From: Octopus vulgaris
Lineage: Eukaryota
Assembly: GCA_951406725.2 (NCBI GenBank)
Contig: OX597831.1
Coordinates: forward strand, 33,852,001 to 33,916,000
DNA length: 64,000 bases
Direction: 5' to 3'
How positions within the stretch are numbered: the first letter of the stretch is position 1; every line of letters starts with the position of its first letter. Shown in pieces: positions 56,863 through 64,000 of the stretch. The notes beneath the pieces are model-generated. The model did not search any database and was not told where the DNA came from. It saw only the letters and a program-made list of their open reading frames with translations. The translations under genes and the position numbers were made by a program.

Positions 56863-57018
56863 GATGTGTATACACACACGCACACACACATACACACACA
56901 TATGTATATGTATCACTCTTTCTCTCGCCCCATATATATATAATATCGAGTAAATTATTGTTATACAATATTTACATTATTTACATTTGATGGATATTTG
57001 TCCTCATCTTGCTTGTTA

Positions 57019-57063
57019 TCACAACGTTTCAGCTGATGTACCCTCCAGCCTTCATCAGGTGTT
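57019..57063 (-). ncRNA. Minimal hammerhead (loopless stem III, dimer type)
   Basis: Minus strand: AACAC-CUGAUGA-A-GGCUG gaggguacau CAGCU-GAAAC-GUU/GUGAU. Confidence 0.6.
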
Positions 57064-57157
57064 CTTAGCCACTACACCATATGCCCACGGGCATACGGTA
57101 CTGGTTAAGAGCGCGAGCTACTAACCCCAAGATTCTGAGTTCGATTTCAGGCAGTAA

Positions 57158-57313
<156 letters not shown>

Positions 57314-57327
57314 TGATGATAATAATG

Positions 57328-57391
<64 letters not shown>

Positions 57392-57421
57392 TAATAATAA
57401 TAATGATAATAATAATAATAA

Positions 57422-57776
57422 ATGCCTTGATGCAGTACCAGACAGCGGTTCTCGTGGCTTCTGATCTTAACTGATTGGAAGTGTTATCATGTACATTGCT
57501 ATCTCCGGTATAAAAGATGGGCTACAGCAAATATTTACCAAAGATTTGCTTGTCAGTTGTTTGACCATAACCAGTTGAGAATGTCCCTTAGTGGCTGAGG
57601 ATATGTGTATCTCTGCACATCACGAGCAGAAGTTGTTGGGTAGCATCATAGCCACGTTTTGAGAGTGATTCTTTGGGGTTTGAATAATTCACCTCTGGTT
57701 CGTTCAACATCATTAAACAACCCTTATTCAGGGACCTTTTGAACGTGATGGGTTACTCGACCAGAAGAAAATTCTA
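57422..57776 (+). mobile_element. Family E repeat (3'-truncated) inserted in the (AAT)n of the family F element
   Basis: Homologous to 51110-51460; (AAT)n on both sides. Confidence 0.85.
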
Positions 57777-57781
57777 TAATG

Positions 57782-57843
<62 letters not shown>

Positions 57844-57893
57844 CATCAGAAAAATACCTAAGCAATGAGAATTCAGGTTCGAAATTCTCCCAG

Positions 57894-57939
57894 AACACAT
57901 GATGAAAGCTGGAGGGTACATCAGCCGAAACGTTGTGTT
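57894..57939 (+). ncRNA. Minimal hammerhead with C3 to A substitution
   Basis: AACAC-AUGAUGA-A-AGCUG..CAGCC-GAAAC-GUU/GUGUU. Confidence 0.5.
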
Positions 57940-58289
57940 AGCAACAAACAAGATGAGAACAAATACCCGTCAAATGTAAATAATGTAAATAATGTACATA
58001 ATTCCTCTTCTCTCAAATATAGAACAAAATTAGTTTTATGCCTGTTAAGCAGAATATTTTCTCTGGCAGAAACACAATACATTAGGTCTTTAATTACTTT
58101 CCCTTGTATTCGGGGGGTAAATCTCTACCGAGATCAACGTCACCAATATCACCACTACCATCGCCATCATTTGTTCTGGTCATCATCAACGTCATTATCA
58201 CCATCCTCATTATCAATATCGTTGTGATGACAACGAAAGACACGATCACGATCACAACGATGTTGATAATGATGATGAGTGTTCCGCTT

Positions 58290-59220
58290 TAGAAATTTAT
58301 AGAGGATTAGTGGCGGGGAAGTGCGACGACGTTCTCGGGGAGACTCTGGATGCCGACGAGAACGAACTGGCTAGCGTGTTCTGGAGGGCTTTCCGGTCGG
58401 GAACTATCATGGATAATTTCCAGATGTCCTTGACCTGACAGTGATACTGGAGAGGGGGTGGGGCACTACAAGTTCAAGATAAACTCTACAGGCTGTCGGA
58501 CGTGTGCTTGTCCGAGGTGCACGCGGAATGGCAAAACCGGTCTGCATACCCTCATTCAGTGTCCGAGCATTGCTGACTTGTGGGGTTATGTCGAACAGCT
58601 GCTGTCACGCGTGGGACAGATCCGTGTGTCGGCCGAATCTGTAGTAATGATGGCACCGCCACCCTCCTTCAATCGGGCAGACAAAGCAGTTTTCCTTTGC
58701 CTGGTGACTGTGGCGAAAGAGGTTGTTTGGTGGATAAGGCTGAAAGGCATGAGGACAGATACACTCCTCTTTGGTAGAGCTCTCATTGACTTCTTCAAGT
58801 TTCACTTCAAAATTTAATTGAGAGTGGAGAGGCAAGTGCTGTCCTCGAATGTGTTTATTGAAAAATGGGCGGAAGCTTCGAAAATGGCAAGAGTGGTTGG
58901 TACCTCTCTATGTGGAGACCTGTGAGACGGAGAGAAAGAATTGGAGAGAGCACTTGCTCTTGGAGTTTCAGGGAAATTTAGGACAGTGGGGTTCCTCGAT
59001 AATCCTTAGAGGGCTTCCTGTATCAGGAAGGCCACATCTCTATCATCCTCCCACCTTTTTTTCAGCCTTTGTATACTACGCATGTGTCCCTTCTTCTTCA
59101 GTGTATACCGAGTATACTTTCTTTCATTTCTTTCTGTCAATTCATTATATGTAAACCCCAACACTTCATGTTTGTCTTTGTATTGTCCCCCTCATCCCTT
59201 GCCCATGTGGCAAATAAAAG

Positions 59221-59223
<3 letters not shown>
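58290..59223 (+). mobile_element. L1/Tx1-clade LINE 3' fragment
   Basis: YRGLVAG..., CPRC..TGLHTLIQCPSIADLW (CCHC zinc finger of ORF2 C-terminus), then 3'UTR, AATAAA and a (CAT)n tail. Confidence 0.7.
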
Positions 59224-59251
<28 letters not shown>

Positions 59252-59276
59252 TCTTCTCCTTCTTCTTCTTCTTCTT

Positions 59277-59356
<80 letters not shown>

Positions 59357-59388
59357 CATTATTATTATTATTATTATTATCATAATTA

Positions 59389-59455
<67 letters not shown>

Positions 59456-59496
59456 CATTATTATCATTATTATTATTATTATTATTATTATCATCA

Positions 59497-59557
<61 letters not shown>

Positions 59558-59586
59558 CATTATTATTATTATTATTATTATAATTA

Positions 59587-59638
<52 letters not shown>

Positions 59639-59676
59639 CATTATTATCATTATTATTATTATTATTATTATTATCA

Positions 59677-59758
<82 letters not shown>

Positions 59759-59761
59759 CAT
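59223..59761. repeat. Compound (CAT)n(CTT)n(TAT)n microsatellite, ~540 bp
   Basis: Read directly from sequence. Confidence 0.95.
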
Positions 59762-60533
59762 TCCTGCTCCTGTGGAACATAGAAAATTTCAGCCCAATAT
59801 ATTCTGTAAATAGAAACAGTAACGAGAAATACTACTTTACATTTTTACATTTGAGTAAGATATACTTTCTGCTGCCAGAAGGCAAATCACATTTTTATAA
59901 ACATATTCTTGTATTACAAATTCATATATAAACGCTAATGTATCTGAAATATCAGATAATACAAACATTATTCGTAAAAAGAACAACCGCAATAATAAAA
60001 ATAGCAATGACACCAACACCAATATCACAATAACAACAACATAGGAATCAAAATATGGTTGTCTTACTCAATTATATTTGACTGGAGGGTTTTCATGTTA
60101 GCGAAGAATTGGGTTTCCCGTAACCTATTTTAAAAAAAATTTAAGTTGTATTTTCGTTCTTTCAAGTAACTATTTCTATATATGCGCAATGAAATTAGAG
60201 CTTTTTGAGCATTTTTACCAAGAAGCTATCTTAAATAGAGGCCCTACTTAACCGTTGACCAATTTTGAATAAATATAAATATAAAATGAAATAAGGCAAA
60301 ATAAAACAAACCCAATGACTAAATTAATATCAGGAAACTTTGAAAGTTTGAACTATCTTAGACTTATTTTTGAGTGAAGCAAAATATTATTCTTTTCTAT
60401 TTTACCCCCCCGTGAAAGTGAATTATTCAATTATTTTGTCTTTTTATTATTTACTAAACAAAGCAAAGCGGATAAACAAAGTCAATTCTGTAATTCTTCG
60501 ATAATCAGAGGTATCCATTAACGCAGCCGCAGA

Positions 60534-60594
<61 letters not shown>

Positions 60595-60636
60595 TATATA
60601 CATAAAATATCTAAATATATATATAATGTATGTACG

Positions 60637-60677
<41 letters not shown>

Positions 60678-60681
<4 letters not shown>

Positions 60682-60850
60682 ACAAAAAAAAAACAAAAGA
60701 CGAAGACAGGTGGTGTAGACAACAAACAGATGTATCAGTGTAGCGCTCGGAAAGTGAAAAAGTCTTTAACATTTCGAGCCTACGCTCTTCCACAGACAGG
60801 AACACAGAAAGAAACAAGGAGAGAAAATAAAGAATGTGTAGTGGCTAGCG
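60678..60850 (-). mobile_element. Solo Penelope terminal-repeat fragment
   Basis: Reverse complement of 43010-43205 (GAAGAGCGTAGGCTCGAAA...ACACCACCTGTCTTCG). Confidence 0.7.
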
Positions 60851-60863
60851 AACTATCGGTGGA

Positions 60864-61135
60864 ATTGGTTGACGGAAACTGAAAGAAGCCCGTCGTATAT
60901 ATGTATATGTGTGTGTGAGTGTGTGTGTGTGTGTTTCTCTGCCTAGCATTGCTTGACAACCGATGCTGGTGTGTTTACGTCCCCGTAACTTAGCGGTGCA
61001 ACAAAGGAGACCGATAGAATAAGTACTAGGCTTACAAAGAAAAAGTTAGGGGTCGATTTGCTCTCGATTAAAGGCGGTGCTCCAGCATGACCGCAGTCGA
61101 ATGACTGAAACAAGTAAAAGGATAAAAGAACAAAA

Positions 61136-61137
<2 letters not shown>
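60864..61137 (+). mobile_element. SINE family A, 3' part
   Basis: GACGGAAACTGAAAGAAGCCCGTCG through GAAACAAGTAAAAG. Confidence 0.85.
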
Positions 61138-61173
<36 letters not shown>

Positions 61174-61471
61174 GTATGTATGTGTATATATGTATATATA
61201 TATAAATATATATGTATATATGTACATACATAGATATATATATCTATTTATACATATGTACGTATACGTCTAAAGATATATACATTTATGCATGTATATG
61301 TATATATATATATATATATACATATATATTTGCTAGTTTATTTGCTCTTTTTGTCTTCTCTCCTGGTGCTGTATGAACATTTAATGTCGTTTTAGAGTCA
61401 AGTTCTGGCTGCTATTTCCAGCGTGGAGATATATCCTAAATTTTAATTTTATTAATTATTTATATACATAC

Positions 61472-61534
<63 letters not shown>

Positions 61535-61927
61535 CACTATTTTGCAAGTGGTGCCGAAGATTTATACCGTCACTCATCAGTGATTATTCGGTATCCACAA
61601 TCACTCAACTGTAAACGCATAGATAAATTTAGGAAAAAATTATCCCGAGTTAAACCATATTACTATATCGGTATTTTGCAGGATTCTTTGTGTAATTCAG
61701 TGATCTAAATATTTTACGATGTATTTAATTTCATGTCCTCATATTCACACAAACACATGTGAAATCTCACTCGAATACATACACATACACACACAGACAC
61801 ACGCACACACACACAAACACACGCACACAAACATATGTATATGCAAATATATATACATATATATATATATGGGTGTGCGTATATATATATATATATATAT
61901 GTATATGTGTTTGTGTATTAATGCATG

Positions 61928-61970
<43 letters not shown>

Positions 61971-62094
61971 GTATACACATACATACAAATCAATAATGCA
62001 TGTACTTTCTCATCCAAAATAGATGTATGCATGAGTGTGTGTGTTACATACATGCATCCATCCATCCATCCATCCATACATACATACATTTCAA

Positions 62095-62143
<49 letters not shown>

Positions 62144-62300
62144 AAATACATACATATATATATGTATATATATATATATGTATATATATATATGTATATA
62201 ATATATATGTATATATATATGCATATATATATATATATATATACACAAACACACACACATATATATACATATATATATATATATATGTATATATACACAA

Positions 62301-62336
<36 letters not shown>

Positions 62337-63018
62337 GCATATATATACATATGTATGTATATATGTATGCACATGCACATGCACATCTATCTCCCTATAT
62401 TCTTCAATGCGTTTAAAGTTAAGTAGGCGTCTTTCAAACCCAATAATCAATATTTGATGGGAATGTACAGGTTTTATATCTAAATTTCAAGAAGCTACAA
62501 TTACAGTCTTTACTATCATACGTTCTTGTTAAATATAGAGACAAGAGCCTAGCAGCGAAACGGCTGTAATGTGGTCCCTTGAATAATATATTAATACGTA
62601 TGTGTATGTATGCAGGTGTTTCCATGTATATAAGTATGTATTTAAGTCTGTATGTAACTATATTTTTATCCTCTTCTCCTACACCCCCAGTTTAATTCTG
62701 AACGTTTTCCTTTTTTTTATCCTTAATTTCCCCTCTCACCTCGCCTCACCTTTTTCCTTTCTCTTCAGTCTCAATTTTGCCTTCTTCTCCTCATCCCATT
62801 ACATTTCCCTTTCTTCCTACACTGTTTCTTCTACCATACCTTGTTCACGTAAGAAGCTCGCATGGTGCCTTATCAGTTGCAGCCATTAAAAAAAAAAAGA
62901 CTTATACGATATAAAACTCTGCTGTCTCGTATTAATTTCTCTCTTTACTACTTTCCTTGAAGAGAAATGTATCGAAAACGTTGGATTTGTCCAAACCTTA
63001 CGGCAAGCTCACTACACA

Positions 63019-63108
<90 letters not shown>

Positions 63109-63369
63109 CATACATACATACATACATACATACATACATACATACATACATACATACATACATACACGGTGTACAGATATTGTACATTAAGAAAAAGGAG
63201 GCAGTCAGGATCTAGGAAAGTTCTTTACTTGCGCTTTCGTTCGTTTAACCAAATTTTTCAGGAAAAGTTGAACCAGAGTGATAAAAATCTCTCTCTCTCT
63301 CTCTCTCAATCTATCTATCCATCCATCATCCATCCATCATCTATCTATCTATCTATCTATCTATCTATG

Positions 63370-63426
<57 letters not shown>

Positions 63427-63636
63427 CTCTATCTCTCTATCTATCTCTCTCTCTATATATATAAACACACACACACACGCAAAGGCACAAATATATGCAT
63501 AAAAAGTAAAAAGAAAGTTATATATATATATATTTATATTCATATATATTCATTCATATGTATATACTTGTCTATAAATATATATATATATATTCATGTA
63601 TATATATATATATATATATATACACATACATATATA

Positions 63637-63674
<38 letters not shown>

Positions 63675-63773
63675 TATATATGTATGTATATATATATTAT
63701 ATATATATTGATATATATGTATGTATATATATATACATGAATATATATGTATATATATGTATGTATATATATG

Positions 63774-63821
<48 letters not shown>

Positions 63822-64000
63822 CAATCATATATATGTATGTATATATATATATATATATATAAACATGTGACACTTTTGCTATGCACATTCCAATAATGGA
63901 CTTTTGTATTTTTGCTCGAAACCAGCTCCCTCCTTACAGAGAGACTCCAAATCATTAAAAGTACATGTCGGACTCCATCCAACCATTCAGCATCCATCCA

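Overview
AT-rich, microsatellite-saturated eukaryotic DNA. The repeat families (several tRNA-headed SINEs, TA/CA/ATA/TATC microsatellites) strongly suggest an Octopus (cephalopod) genome; this is an inference from recognised repeat sequences. No intact host protein-coding gene is evident, and almost every ORF in the track is a microsatellite artefact. The window holds many SINE copies from about 4 families, decayed mariner/Tc1/maT transposons and MITEs (some nested), Helitron pieces, a Penelope-like RT pseudogene, R4/Dong and Tx1/L1 LINE fragments, and one dispersed 5S rRNA copy. The most interesting signal is a set of minimal type-I hammerhead ribozyme motifs in several unrelated sequence contexts, often within or beside fold-back palindromes. 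One of these is a tRNA-headed, (AAT)n-containing, hammerhead-tailed SINE-like element arranged head-to-head, which may be a Penelope-mobilised SINE. One candidate promoter and one candidate Asn-rich exon are weaker hints of a host gene. Repeat boundaries are approximate unless termini are quoted.
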